From Pseudovirgaria hyperparasitica (taxonomy: Eukaryota): DNA of 39,751 bases. Of this stretch, positions 24,913-36,899 are shown in pieces (position 1 is the stretch's first letter; every line of letters starts with the position of its first letter). The position numbers and the translations under genes were made by a program. Under the pieces are notes generated by a model. It saw only the letters and a program-made list of their open reading frames with translations. It had not been told where the DNA came from and searched no databases. The DNA is taken from NCBI GenBank assembly GCA_010093815.1, contig ML996605.1; one strand, written 5' to 3'.

Positions 24913-27544
24913 GACTGGTGGCGATGGATCTGACGTGTGTTGGAATAACCAATAGCTGTTGCAACAGAAATGGAAGGAAAAAGTTTTGTAAGAATAAGAG
25001 GCACGAATCCGGCTAGACATCATGTTCAACTCCATCTTATATACTTTGCAAAACGCGCACGATAGTATCGGTTCATAACAATCTGTGCAGACTGATCTTG
25101 TTAGCTGCCGAAACAAGGGTTTTCGTAACGGTAGTGCAGCCTGGAGAGGAAGGTATCTTCCTCTTTTGGTTATACCCATGTCTCGGTAGTCGTATTGGCA
25201 TAAGGCTATCCTCGTAGCCTCGCGACACGACCAATGAAAGATCGTGTCTTGGAACCCTGCCTAGCTCGTCCGTTAGGGCATGAGCTATCTTCTTCCCACC
25301 AGGTAAGCGACGCATATGCTCGGTTCTGGGGCTTTCAGTAGCGAAAGATAAAGGAGAACATTGATCAGAGTCTCACCCTGGCTCAACGATGTGGGAGCCA
25401 CTACACGGAACTGATGAGCCAGATGATCTTGATTGGTGTAGTGAGATTTGACTGGACCGATGGGTAGATTTGCAGATTTTCTAATTGATGATGCCGTCCT
25501 ACCCTATGATTTATCCTGGAAGGCATGAATCCCTCCACATGTGAAATGTAATTGATCTGTACTGCCGGTAGTGATCTCGCAGCACTTTTGGAATCCTACT
25601 CTCATTGCCCCGGGATCTTGATAGCTTGATGAGATTTCCTTCGATCAATGTACAGTCCCAGGGTCCTAGACCGACGCTCTTTTATTGACACGAACTGTTC
25701 CTTTGCTATAGAATATGAGTCACCCTCATTACGATGACTATTTCTTCCGTGTCTGTGCATCATCTCGAGATTTCAGGACATATGAAGATGCCAATCTTTG
25801 GGCGGGCAGGCTGCATTGGAAGACTAATCTCATTGTTTGTATACTCGCTTTAGGTGTCAGGTAGTGTATCGCGAGGTCGCTTCCAAGCTTCATCTTCAGC
25901 GCTGCACTCTTGTTGCCCTTCTGATACGCCAAGAAGCCGATCTTTTAGCCAGCCGGATACTATGCGTGATGATGCATGATCTGTTGGCTGGCCGAGACGG
26001 AATGTTTGGCATCGCCAACATTTGTTCTTTGAGTCTGAGAAGCCGTATGGCACGGATTGGGGTGCCGTTGAGCAGGCTTCTCTGCAGTCTATCAGGCTAT
26101 ATTCGTATGTTACAGGTTATATCATTGCGAAGATTAGTATTATCCCAACCCATCGCTCCTGGTCGATATATGGCAGCATGTGGTCGGTAGATATGCATAC
26201 GGGGCACTCGTCCCGGATTCTAACTATCGTTAATGCACTATTCTAAAACAGTTCGTGAGATGATACTGACATGACAAGCCCGCTCCTCTCAAAAATGCCA
26301 CAAATAATGGATCCGTGAGGCGTCGTGCGGTTAAATGACGCAGCAGGGGAGTACTACAGGCGGACATCATAATTGATCGCCGGGGAGTCGGCCTGCTAAA
26401 CACTATCGATCAAGAGATGAGGCCAAATTCATCCAAGTTATACTCCTACATCCCTTGTTTTTCTGCCTAAGACGTAATCGTCAGCCAGTTGGCTAGCAAT
26501 CTAGTTATAAATGGATGGATTATGAGCCTGATAGTATCCCACGACCTTCCGCATTGCTGAGTTAGGTAGAGTGATTCCCCCGCCGCCGTGGGCAAACACA
26601 TTCTCGCCGATTTCCGTCTGGCTTCCTAAATATCGATGACGGAAGGCATATATTATGGAGAGCCGTACCATGTTGTGCCAGACAATGACAGTACCATTTT
26701 GCGTCGTTGCGTATCCTGCATGCCTTTTCGACTAGAGTCAAAACTTTCACTTGTCCAGGGTCCAGTCACGGGTTTTGCCACTGTCATTGCCATTTTAGCG
26801 CCGCTGAAACTCCACAGGAACCTCGATATCTTCGGGCCGCAGTTTCGCACAGCCTCAATTGTCTCTTAAATTACGATAATTTTCGAAGTCATCATACATT
26901 TGAAGAATTGACTGTGAGAAAGTTCCGGCAGAATGAGTCATTAATGTGGCGCCATAAACCTCTTCTGCATTGGAAAATGCAGACCATGATAGCATACAGC
27001 GAAGAGTTCTGTCAAGGTGTACGAGCAATTCATTAGTTACTACACAAGAGCCGGTCTTCATAAGCATAGACAAGTCGTTCAGATAGCTTGAAGGGGAACA
27101 ATGGACTTAAAAGGCGGTGTTTCCTGGAAGGAGATGAAAAGTAAGAAGCAGCTGCAGAGCTTCTGTAGCGTGACTCTTGGCACGCGTTTTTCATGTAATT
27201 CATCGAGTGCATTCCCAATACGGAAATTTAACGAAATTGTGGACTCATGGATCAGCAGACCGCAGTCATCATGAACAATCATCACTGACTCATTCTTCAT
27301 CACTGCACTTCATATCATCATGAAATATTCGCTTCAAGTCTGTCGCTCGTTATGACGCACGTACCCGCGGTGCAGCTGAAAACTAGTGGGTTTCTTGGGG
27401 TAGCATCGAGTACGCCTCGAAACTCTCGCTATATAAACATACCGAGAGCATCTCTTCTCACCATTCTCACACTAGGTACCTTCAGCGTATCGCAATCATC
27501 ACGATATTGGATCTCAAGTTGATAGCAATCGATACATACGAGAC

Positions 27545-28715
27545 ATGCTAGGCACTACACCCGACGACCGAAGTGATAACAAGGAGCTCCACCGTGCGCC
27601 TACCTGGCCACGTGAGCAAGAAACCTCATTGATGGAAGACCTCTCCTTCGACACGTGCCATACTCTTTCCGCTTGGCAGTATGGGTATACCCATAAGGCA
27701 GCATCTGATTTCGATGGACTAACGTGTAAACAGAACATACATCGTCAGAAGACGATCAAGATCCCTACCTGCAATTGCCTTCAAATGGTTCAACAGTCGA
27801 AAGAATCGAGAAGCAGTTGGAAATAAAGCCCCTTTGGAAAGAAATGAACAGTACAGAAACCGCGATTATGCCATGATGATGGCCATTCTGCTTCAGGGAA
27901 ACACCCTTGATGCCTTACCTTATGTATGCTCGTTCTGCAATACGAGATTTGCGTTCGGCCGTGAAGATTTGAGCATGACCGTTGCACGTATGCGTTCTAT
28001 CCATGGACCTACCATACTGCACTTGGATCACAGCACTAGCTTGCGCAGCTTCATGGCACATTTACACATGGTAGTTCAGGACTCGTATGAGTGCCTTTTT
28101 CCGGGTATCACATTATCGTCACTCGGAACAATCCAGAATCATATGCTAGACCGAGATCACTGCGCTGCCCTCAGCCTAAAACGAAAGCAAGAATTTTGGC
28201 AGTTTTGCCACGACCTCTGCGATGAAACGGAGAAAGAAGACGCTAGCAACACTGATGCGTGGGAATTTAGGTCCCCAGATACTCTTGAAACACGTCTCCA
28301 CTATGGACAAGTTTTTCGCCTCTTTTACCCCACACAACAGTCGAGTCACGAATCTCATGACTCGACTAGTGACATTACAGAAGCAGCAGCATCTATTTCA
28401 TCCTCTTGGCCATCGGTCTCCGATCCCGATGCAATCCCAGAATCCCAGACTCCATTGGATCCTGTACGTGAGGTACTCACGCACCAGACACGTCATCAAT
28501 CCAGTCGTCGCGACGAGATGAGTCTCATTGGGCTCTCCTTCCAAGCCCGGCATGCATTGATACAAAGAGAAAAGTCCGCACAAAGAAGAGAGGCGCTTGC
28601 ACGACGAACAAAGGCGTGGGTATCTACTAGAGGAGCTAATATGCAGCCGTATGACCAATTACACAACAGTCGAGCAAAGTGGGGAAAGCAAAATCATAAG
28701 TTGCTCCCAAGGTAA
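27545..28715 (+). CDS. Divergent Rei1/ZNF622/TRI15-like C2H2 zinc-finger protein with degenerate fingers; intron 27679-27733
   Basis: Spliced product reads SAWQ|TYIVRRRSRSLPAI (cf. family WH.YNLKRR.A.LPP), CSFCN...RMRSIHG, YECLFP...IQNHMLDRDHC and a basic C-terminus. GTATGG..CTAAC..CAG intron is in frame; TATAAA at ~27432. Confidence 0.65.
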
Positions 28716-29620
28716 TCGTAATCGCCTGATAGGTAGAAAACCACTGGAGGAATACTACATCATAAAGTATCATCTTGGGGCGGTTTCAATGTATCGTACT
28801 ACACTTTAAGATGTCCGAGAGCTTGCCTTTACTGAAGCCAAGCTTACCGTCGAGTTTGGTCTTTGGCGGTGGATTACGATCGCAAACCGGAGTTTGGCAC
28901 CAGAGCGCTATAGTATACTGTATTGTACCTTACAGAAACATGAAAATGTGGAAAACCCCGCTTTGACGATTCATGAACCTCATACTTGAATAGCATAAGA
29001 CGAGCGATTGACTGTGTTATTAGAGCGGTTTGCAGCAAGGTCTTGTTTCATCCTTAAATCACCATGGCAGGTGCCAATGTACATGGATGCGATCTATTTA
29101 AAGATCCAGTACGTAACAAATAGATTACAAGCTTCAACATTATCGGCCCGAGAGGAGCACACACTCTGGGGTTAACAAGGAACAAATGTACCCCACAGCC
29201 AGGAACCCAGCTGCCACCCAGACTGTCTGGAGATAGCCCCATAAATATATAATGTTCCACTGGAGAAGGATTCCCCCGCAGATCATCGGGATACTGTCCA
29301 TGTGATAATATTCCCGCATCACGGTTGCCATTACAGTCAAAGCTCGAGCATGGTACTACTCGCATGAGGTTTGTATTGTCATCAAAGGAAATGACCTCAA
29401 TAGCAAGAGCCTCTGTGTCGTGCAAGATCGACTCTAGTGGTTCGTAGGGAGCGTAATCATGTCTTTATGTAAGGGAAACAAGGTACTGTGTCTCGAGTTA
29501 TAAAAGCACATCATAGCCCTACAGACTATGGAGCATATTATCAGCCACTTCATTATCGCACTGCAAATCTACTTAACGTACTTCTTCTATGTGCTTTGCT
29601 CGTTCAGGGACGATCTTACG

Positions 29621-30808
29621 ATGTCATTGGTTGTCTCGCTGGGACTGATCGCCAGTTCAATAGGAATACCTGCTGGTGGAATCGGTCTCGTGAGTGGTAT
29701 TCTCGGGATAGTGAATTTCGTACTCTCTCACGAGCCCACGAGACAAGCGTTAGGGCCGGCTATTCGCATCAAGGTTGGTAGTGAGCCACCAGATGGCGAA
29801 GCATTTGCAGGGTATGCGAATGAGAGTTCATTTACTGATTGACATTTACACTAAAATCTTTGAAGAGATATCGAGCACGTCTGGACGTATAATACTCGAA
29901 ACCAAGTGCTAGGCGGTGCTAAGGGAAGAGGTACGATTGGATCCGGGGACGTGTGGGATGTCACCGTCCCCTCACCTGGCGGTGGTGAGACTTGCAACTA
30001 CGTCAACATAGCTGCAAAGAACAATGCGATCTGCATAGCCTGGGTCGGAGTCAAGCAAAGTGACGGTTCTGACCTGGACGGTTCCTGGAACGGAGACATA
30101 GGGGCTGCGTGTGGTCAGAACTGGTATCATCAACAAGAGCCTGCCGGCCGCTGCCCGGATAATGTAACAAGTACCAACAGTTCATGCGTGGACGGTCTAT
30201 GGGTCCCCAGATGTACCTGGATAGACGGTGATGGTACTAATGGTATCATATCCAAGTCGCTTAAGTTTAACGTGTTTTCCTACTCCAACAAATCAGTCCC
30301 CTCAACACTCCAACAGGGTATGGCCTGCAGTTCCACAATCTTCTCCGGGGAATCGCAGATTTTTGGTAAGTATTGTAAGCGTTATCATTACGTTCATACT
30401 AATCGTTCGACCATAGACAGACCAGCTGGCCCAACTGTTAAGTATACCTATCTTAGCTCTAAAAGAGCCATCGAAGTATCTCAAACGCCGCGTGGGCTTC
30501 CAGTTCGTAAAAGATGGATGGAGGAACGACTTGTTGTATCCGATATGAAAGCCCATAATGCTACGAGCCTATGTAACTCTCCAACCTCTTGGGGACCAGA
30601 CTTCTGCGATTCCGAAACTTGCTGCGATATGGCCCACCACAAAGCTCATCCAAGATGCGACAAAAATCCAGTCTCGGGGTGTATGGTCGTCCACGATGAT
30701 GGAGAGTCTATAGCACTTAGAAAGCGGACTATGGTTGCCAAGCGAGATGTTCTCCTACCGTATAGAACGTATAAACATATTAAAAGATGGAGTTTAAGTA
30801 ATAGTTAG
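29621..30808 (+). CDS. Cys-rich, putatively secreted protein of an uncharacterised ascomycete family; introns 29812-29865 and 30366-30416
   Basis: Hydrophobic N-terminus; NAICIAWV, W.GDIG..CGQ.WY, P.CTWIDGD, LVVSD...H.A..LC.SPTSWGPDF and CDM motifs, recalled from conserved fungal hypothetical proteins. Canonical splice signals. Confidence 0.75.
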
Positions 30809-30952
30809 TCTCTTTAAATATAATACTTTATTCTACTTACATATTAGAAAGTACGTTTAAGATTATTAATTATTTTATTAGCTAAGTATAGATATCTTAT
30901 ATAGAAGCTAGACTTTAAGATTATATTCTAATAAACTATATAAGAATAAGAT

Positions 30953-31093
30953 TGTTAGGCACGTGGCCTACCAGTTAATTATACATGTGTATAGTAGTCA
31001 TATATAAGTAGTGTACTCTACCCTTGAAGTAGTAGCTTTAAGATTCGGTTCTTTTAGTATAGTTAGTTAGTACGTAGAGCCCGCCTTCTTATA
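30953..31093 (+). mobile_element. Solo LTR (141 bp) with 5-bp target-site duplication AAGAT
   Basis: Starts TGTTAGG at 30953 and ends CTTATA at 31093 (RIPped CTTACA). AAGAT lies at 30948-30952 and 31094-31098. Internal TATATAAG. Confidence 0.75.
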
Positions 31094-31098
31094 AAGAT

Positions 31099-31924
31099 AT
31101 ATATATTATTAAAATTATAGTTTAGCTAAATAATAAGATATACTAGAATTTAAGTATTAATTATAATATAAAATGTAGTTAGAGCTATCTATAGCTCTAC
31201 TATTATATAAATAGAGTAAATAGATAGTAGTATAGCTAGATAGAATAATATAATATATTTAGTTATAGAATAAATTACTACTAAACTCTATTAGTAGTAA
31301 TTAAAGAGTATATATATATATATAAAGAGATACTAATCTATCTAGTATATAATAGTTTACTATCTATTATATTATCTCTAACTAAGTTAGCTAAGATATA
31401 TATAGATCTAGTTTTATCTTTAGCTAAGTTCTAATACTTCTCTAGTATTTAAGTATAACCTAGAATTATACTAATTTTAGAATAGAATATAGAATCTAGA
31501 TAAATATAATAGTAATAAGATTAGTACTAAGAATACTTATAATAGTAATAGTAATAGTAATATTAATAATAATATTATAATTACTAGTAGTAAAAAAATA
31601 TATAAGTAGATAGACTTAATATCTAATACTATAGATAATTATAGTATAGATAAATTAAGAAGTTATAATATATTAAGAAAGTAAATAAATAAAGATAATA
31701 AAGATAAATAAAGATAATAAAGATAAATAAAGATAAGTAAGTATAGTATATACTTAGTAAGTCTTAGATATCTCTTAATCTAAACGCTCTATATAAAATT
31801 ATATAGAGTATCTAGATCTACTAATCTACTTAGTCTATATATTATATTCTATATATAGATATTATATTTTATATATATATTATATACTATATATACTTAT
31901 ATACTAGATACTTAAGAAACCCTC
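31099..31924. mobile_element. RIP-degraded repeat ending in a CTAGATACTTAAGAAACCCTC terminus
   Basis: Extremely AT/TpA-rich. 31904-31924 is the RIPped form of the inverted-repeat motif at 32274-32294. Confidence 0.5.
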
Positions 31925-31942
31925 TAAAAATCTCTATATAAT

Positions 31943-32294
31943 AAGGGTTTCTTAAGTATCTAGTATATTTTAGTATTCTAAACATTCTAAATAGAGACTT
32001 ACTAAGTAATTATATAGTTAATAGTTTAGATAAAGTAATATCTAGTACTCTTCTATCTATCTCTTCTCTCTCTTTAAAATAATACTAATTATATATATTT
32101 CTAATTGATTTTAACCTTATAGACTTTAAGATAATACTTATATACGTGTTTTTAACTATTTTTAACCTTATAGACTACGGATATATATGTACTTTAAGTT
32201 CATTCTATATTACTTAGTAAGACGGCTTAGATATATAGTATAATAGCCGACTCGTATAGTATATATAATACAGCTGGACGCTTGAGAAACCCTC
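31943..32294. mobile_element. MITE-like non-autonomous element with ~21-bp terminal inverted repeats
   Basis: Left end AAGGGTTTCTTAAGTATCTAG (RIPped) and right end CTGGACGCTTGAGAAACCCTC are reverse complements after de-RIP. The first ~230 bp match the sequence starting at 34791. Confidence 0.65.
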
Positions 32295-32940
32295 GATTTT
32301 CGTTGCATGAACCACTCGGTTGCATACTGCACCACCTTCTACCCGTTCACAGCTACGATACTCGTTGACGGCCACTAGGCGCCTTCGATCAATCTATGCA
32401 CCTCCGCGTTTCTCTCTGTGGTCGATTGTACTTCTGTTTTAAATAACCCAACTTAATCGCCCGGTATTTTCCTGCTTCCTTTCATTCATCCGAGTACCTT
32501 GCAGCGACTTTTGTGGGGTGTCGTGTCCGAGCACGCGCTGTGGCACAGCAAACTTAGGTCCCTTGTCTTGGGTTTTTGTAACTCCATTGGTTGTGCAAGC
32601 AATACAAGGCACGAGTTTGGAGTATTGCGGCCTCTTAAGAACAAGCATTTTGAATCGCGCGCTGTTGTGGCTATTCTCTAGTAAATTTGAGGCCAACGAA
32701 TCCTTGTTGGGCGAAGGAGCCATTCTGCTACGCAGCTAAATTTAGAAGAAAGATTAAAATAGAGAGACTTTGTGACGACGAGAGGGACGTATAAAGGTTA
32801 CAGGTATGTATGGATCAACTACATTCTCATCAGCACTCCTCTCGACTCATATCTACATCTATCCTAATCTGTCTTTCTAATTCAGTCCACGCCCAGTATT
32901 TTAGTTCGTCTTTTCGCGACCCAAGGTACATTTTACCAAC

Positions 32941-33477
32941 ATGTCTCGCACCGTTCACCTTATTGTATATAACTCTCCGCTTTTCCCCGCCCACTGGGGT
33001 CTATGGGTCCCGCAAAAGGACGGCGACCAAAACATTGGAAAGCTCATTCACGCCACGGGAGACGCAAGGAATGGTTTCGAGGTTGCCTTTAAACGGAACT
33101 ATGACCTTGGTGCTACCAGTCGTAGTTATCAGCTCCTACCCTTGGCCCAAGTTGCTGATCAGCATGTGGTTGATGTCAAGGGAGATGGAAGGACAGGCAC
33201 GGATACGACAGTCCATGACTATCTCGAGCAAGTTGCGCTTAGCATTCCCGCACCAGGTCGAAGCCTGCGATCGGCCACCAGTCAGGTTCGTTGCTCATCG
33301 TATTGTAAAATCCTGCTCATTGACATATACTGATTTCCATAACAACAGGGATCAAGACAGAGGGTCGATATTCAAAACTGTCAGACATGGCTCCGAGTTG
33401 TGGTGACTGCACTCGTACAGAATGGGGTCATGGCCGAAAGAGCTCTTCAGGTGGTCGACAATGCTCCCCGAAACTAA
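32941..33477 (+). CDS. DUF6540-like small fungal protein (His...Cys, possible permuted papain-like fold); intron 33286-33348
   Basis: PAHWGLWVP, IHATGD..NGF and spliced C-terminus VDIQNCQTWL. The phase-0 GT..CTGAT..CAG intron gives an ORF ending TAA at 33477. Family assignment is from motif recall. Confidence 0.75.
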
Positions 33478-33635
33478 GGGGGGCCTGAAACTAATTGGGG
33501 CTATATGTTGTGATAACTGAGAGATCTTGTACCAATTTGCGCTGTATATTTTGTATACAGTCTCATGACTTTAACTCTAAACATCCTTCGAAATCAATTT
33601 TGTCTTCTAGACTACCGGAAATCCTAGGAGACCTC

Positions 33636-34628
33636 TTAGACCCCACGAGCTAGAACGAAATAGTCCCAATAGTCATAGAATTCTCGACGGTCCAGTACTA
33701 GAGGCAAATATTTCGATTCCCATTCTTCTCCAATCCGCGAGGTCCAACGAGCTTTGCAATACTCCCAATAATCCGGATACCATCCAGATTGATGCCAATC
33801 GATGATTGCAATGATCCGAGGATTGGGACCAGAGGACAGAATGATGTTACTTCGGTGTAAATCAGCATGCGTGAAAACGATGGGAACATTGTCGGAGAGA
33901 AAGGAGCGATATGGATGTGGGGATGCATCTTGGACATCCTGGGTTGGACCATATGCGGTCGTGAACCAGTCGTGGAAGATAGAGACGCTCTCGAATGGGC
34001 CTGCAGTTGGAGAGTTGCTATTTGTAAAAATGATGTCTAACAGCGGTTGCTTGCCAACATGACCTGCTCGGAGAATTAGACAAACGCTGTACAAAATTCT
34101 GATGGTAGACTAGAGTGATCAAAGCTTTCAGATTACCCCGACGAAGTTGAACTTACCAATGAATGAAGAGTCCTGCTTAACACGGCGCAATGCATGGACC
34201 ATGTCATGCAATTGCTGACAAACGGACGTCTTTTCTCCTTCAATCATAGTGTCCCAGCTCTTTTCTAACGTCGTGCCGTCTACCAGCTCCATATAAATGA
34301 ACACTTGATCGTCGTCCTTGCACCACCCATACACTTCCGGAACAGGTACGACGTCGGAAAGAGTGTTACGGATGAATAGGAGGCATTGCCCCTCAGCAAG
34401 TGCTACCTCCGTCCCGTATTTCACTAATAGTCCTAGATTGGGAAACGTTACCGGCGGAGGCCGAGTCACGAGCTTAGCTCTAGGGTTTTCTGAGCGACTC
34501 GCCACTTCTTTCACTTCTGTCGGCGTTGGAAGAGACAGCGGTGCGTTTGGTTTCTTGAAGAATGATGACTCGCGAAATACAACGTTCTCGTCAAATGGGA
34601 AGGGTTTACTCTGTATCTCCTCTTCCAT
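33636..34628 (-). CDS. Aminoglycoside-phosphotransferase (APH)/choline-kinase-like protein; intron 34064-34156
   Basis: LLVKYG, E..CL.FI, VPVPEVYGW, IYMELVDG, Brenner motif FTHADLHRSNII, IIDWHQSGWYP.YWEY. Confidence 0.92.
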
Positions 34629-34916
34629 GGTGAAAGAAGATACCTCCTCTTTAACTCGGGGCTGAGATTGGTGAAACTCAAACCAAGCTTCACTTGCTTT
34701 GGCTATCTTATCTAACCTTGACCGTAGTCACATAAAGACCAGCGACTGAGAAGGAGAGTCAAGCGTAGGGGTCGTGAGCGGAGTTTTACGGAGGGTTCCT
34801 CAAGCGTCCAGTGTATTTTAGTATTCTAAACGTTCGAAACAAAGATTTACTAAGTAATTATATAGTCATGAGTTTAGCCGAAGTAATCTCCGGTACCCTT
34901 CTATCCGCCTCTTATT

Positions 34917-34999
<83 letters not shown>

Positions 35000-35320
35000 T
35001 TCTCTCTCTCTCTCNNNNNNNNNNNNNNNNNNNNNNNNNNNNNNNNNNNNNNNNNNNNNNNNNNNNNNNNNNNNNNNNNNNNNNNNNNNNNNNNNNNNNN
35101 NNNNNNNNNNNNNNNNNNNNNNNNNNNNNNNNNNNNNNNNNNNNNNNNNNNNNNNNNNNNNNNNNNNNNNNNNNNNNNNNNNNNNNNNNNNNNNNNNNNN
35201 NNNNNNNNNNNNNNNNNNNNNNNNNNNNNNNNNNNNNNNNNNNNNNNNNNNNNNNNNNNNNNNNNNNNNNNNNNNNNNNNNNNNNNNNNNNNNNNNNNNN
35301 NNNNNNNNNNNNNNNNNNNN

Positions 35321-35367
<47 letters not shown>

Positions 35368-35394
35368 TTCTCTCTTTCTCTCTCTCTCTCTCTT
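34917..35394. repeat. (CT)n microsatellite containing an assembly gap (N at 35015-35320)
   Basis: Directly visible. Confidence 0.98.
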
Positions 35395-35407
35395 TATTAT
35401 ATATAAT

Positions 35408-35550
35408 TCTAACTAATTTTAACCTTATAGACTTTAAAACAATACTTATACACGTGTTTTTTACTAATTACACGTGTTTTTAACTATTTTTAACCTTATA
35501 GACTTCTAAATAATACTAATTATACGTGTTTTTAACTAATTTAAACCTTA
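35408..35550. repeat. ~50-bp imperfect tandem repeat (AACTA.TTTTAACCTTATAGACT...ACACGTGTTTTT)
   Basis: About three copies here and two at ~32100-32176. Confidence 0.8.
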
Positions 35551-35682
35551 TATAATAAACCTTTCTTATAAGGGTTATTAGAAAAGATATAGCGCTTCTA
35601 AGTACTCTCTAAGTATTCTTTTATTCTATTATATTTATTAGATAGATCTACTTACTATCTATTCTAATAGAATAGCTTTATA

Positions 35683-35856
35683 TAATTTATACTAAGTATT
35701 CTACTTATACTAAATATTCTATTTTTACTAAATATTCTATTTATACTAAACGTTCTATTTATACTAAATATACTAGTTATACTAAATATCCCGTTTATAC
35801 TAAACGTACTAGTTATACTAAATATTCTATTTATACTAAATATACTATTTATACTT
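35683..35856. repeat. 18-bp minisatellite (CTATTTATACTAAATATT), ~9 copies
   Basis: Directly visible 18-nt periodicity with RIP-type variation. Confidence 0.9.
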
Positions 35857-36350
35857 ATAGAATAATTAGTACTAGTTATTTTCTTAATACTAATTAGCTT
35901 ACTAGTACTACTTATTTACTATATACTAATAACTCTTATAGAATAAATAGTATCTAGTATTTTAGCTTCTCTATCTACTCTATCTACTCTATCTATATTA
36001 ATAGAAGTCTCTTTTCTAAAGTAATATCTTTATCTAAAGTATCTCTATAACTATATATATCTTATTATTCTAAATTATATCTTTAGTATATTTAATTATA
36101 GTCTTTAAATTTAATACTAGAAAGTTAATATATAATAGAGAGTAGAGGTTTAAAATTAATTAGACTAGGAACTTAAATTAAATAGTACTATTCTAAGCTC
36201 TCTATAACTATATAGCTATAATAAAATATAGTAGACCTTTCTTTCTTCTACCTTTAGATAATATTCTTTATATATTAAAAGATCATTAGAAAAGATACGG
36301 TGCTTCTAGTACTTCTAGGTCTTCCGGTACTTCTAAAGTTATCCTAAATA

Positions 36351-36470
36351 GATCCCGGTACTTCTAGAGTTATCCCATTCCTCCCGGAGTCGTCCCGGTA
36401 CTTCTTAAGTTATTCTAGTCCTTCTAGAGTTATCCTAGTTCTTCTAGAGCTATCCCGGTTCTTCTAGAAT
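36351..36470. repeat. 20-bp minisatellite (TATCCCGGTWCTTCTAGAGT), 6 copies
   Basis: Directly visible 20-nt periodicity. Confidence 0.88.
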
Positions 36471-36498
36471 CGTTCTATTAAACGTTAAGAAAACGTTT

Positions 36499-36720
36499 AA
36501 TCCTATTATATACTAGCGTATATTAGAATATCCCGTTATATACTAGTATATATAGTAACGTCCTACTATATACCGGTATATAATAGTAATACTACTTTAT
36601 ATTATAACTATATTTTAAGTATCTAGAAATATCCTATAATATACTAGCGTATATTAGAATATTCTATTATATACTAGTATATATAGTAATATCCTACTAT
36701 ATACCGGCATAGAATAAATA
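36499..36720. repeat. 30-bp unit x3, duplicated again ~131 bp downstream
   Basis: ATCCTATTATATACTAGCGTATATTAGAAT-type units at ~36500-36590 and ~36631-36720. Confidence 0.8.
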
Positions 36721-36899
36721 TCTTATTTCTCTTTACGTATAGATATATATAGATATATAATTATAAGTAAATAGCGGTTTATATTTATACTACTATACTA
36801 TCTAGTCTCTTAGAAGCTACTTAACTAACTACCTTACTTACTTCTATATCTCTATAGGATTACTAAAGTATATACCGAATACTAGTATATCGGGTATAG

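Noticed and set aside
32439..32723. 94-aa ORF inside the inverted-repeat-bounded island as a transposase fragment
   Set aside because: No recognisable HTH or DDE motif.
34811..35416. 201-aa ORF with SLSLSL repeats
   Set aside because: Artefact of the (CT)n tract and the N gap.
35683..36720. Regular short repeats as a CRISPR-like array
   Set aside because: They are head-to-tail tandem repeats without unique spacers, in fungal DNA with no cas genes.
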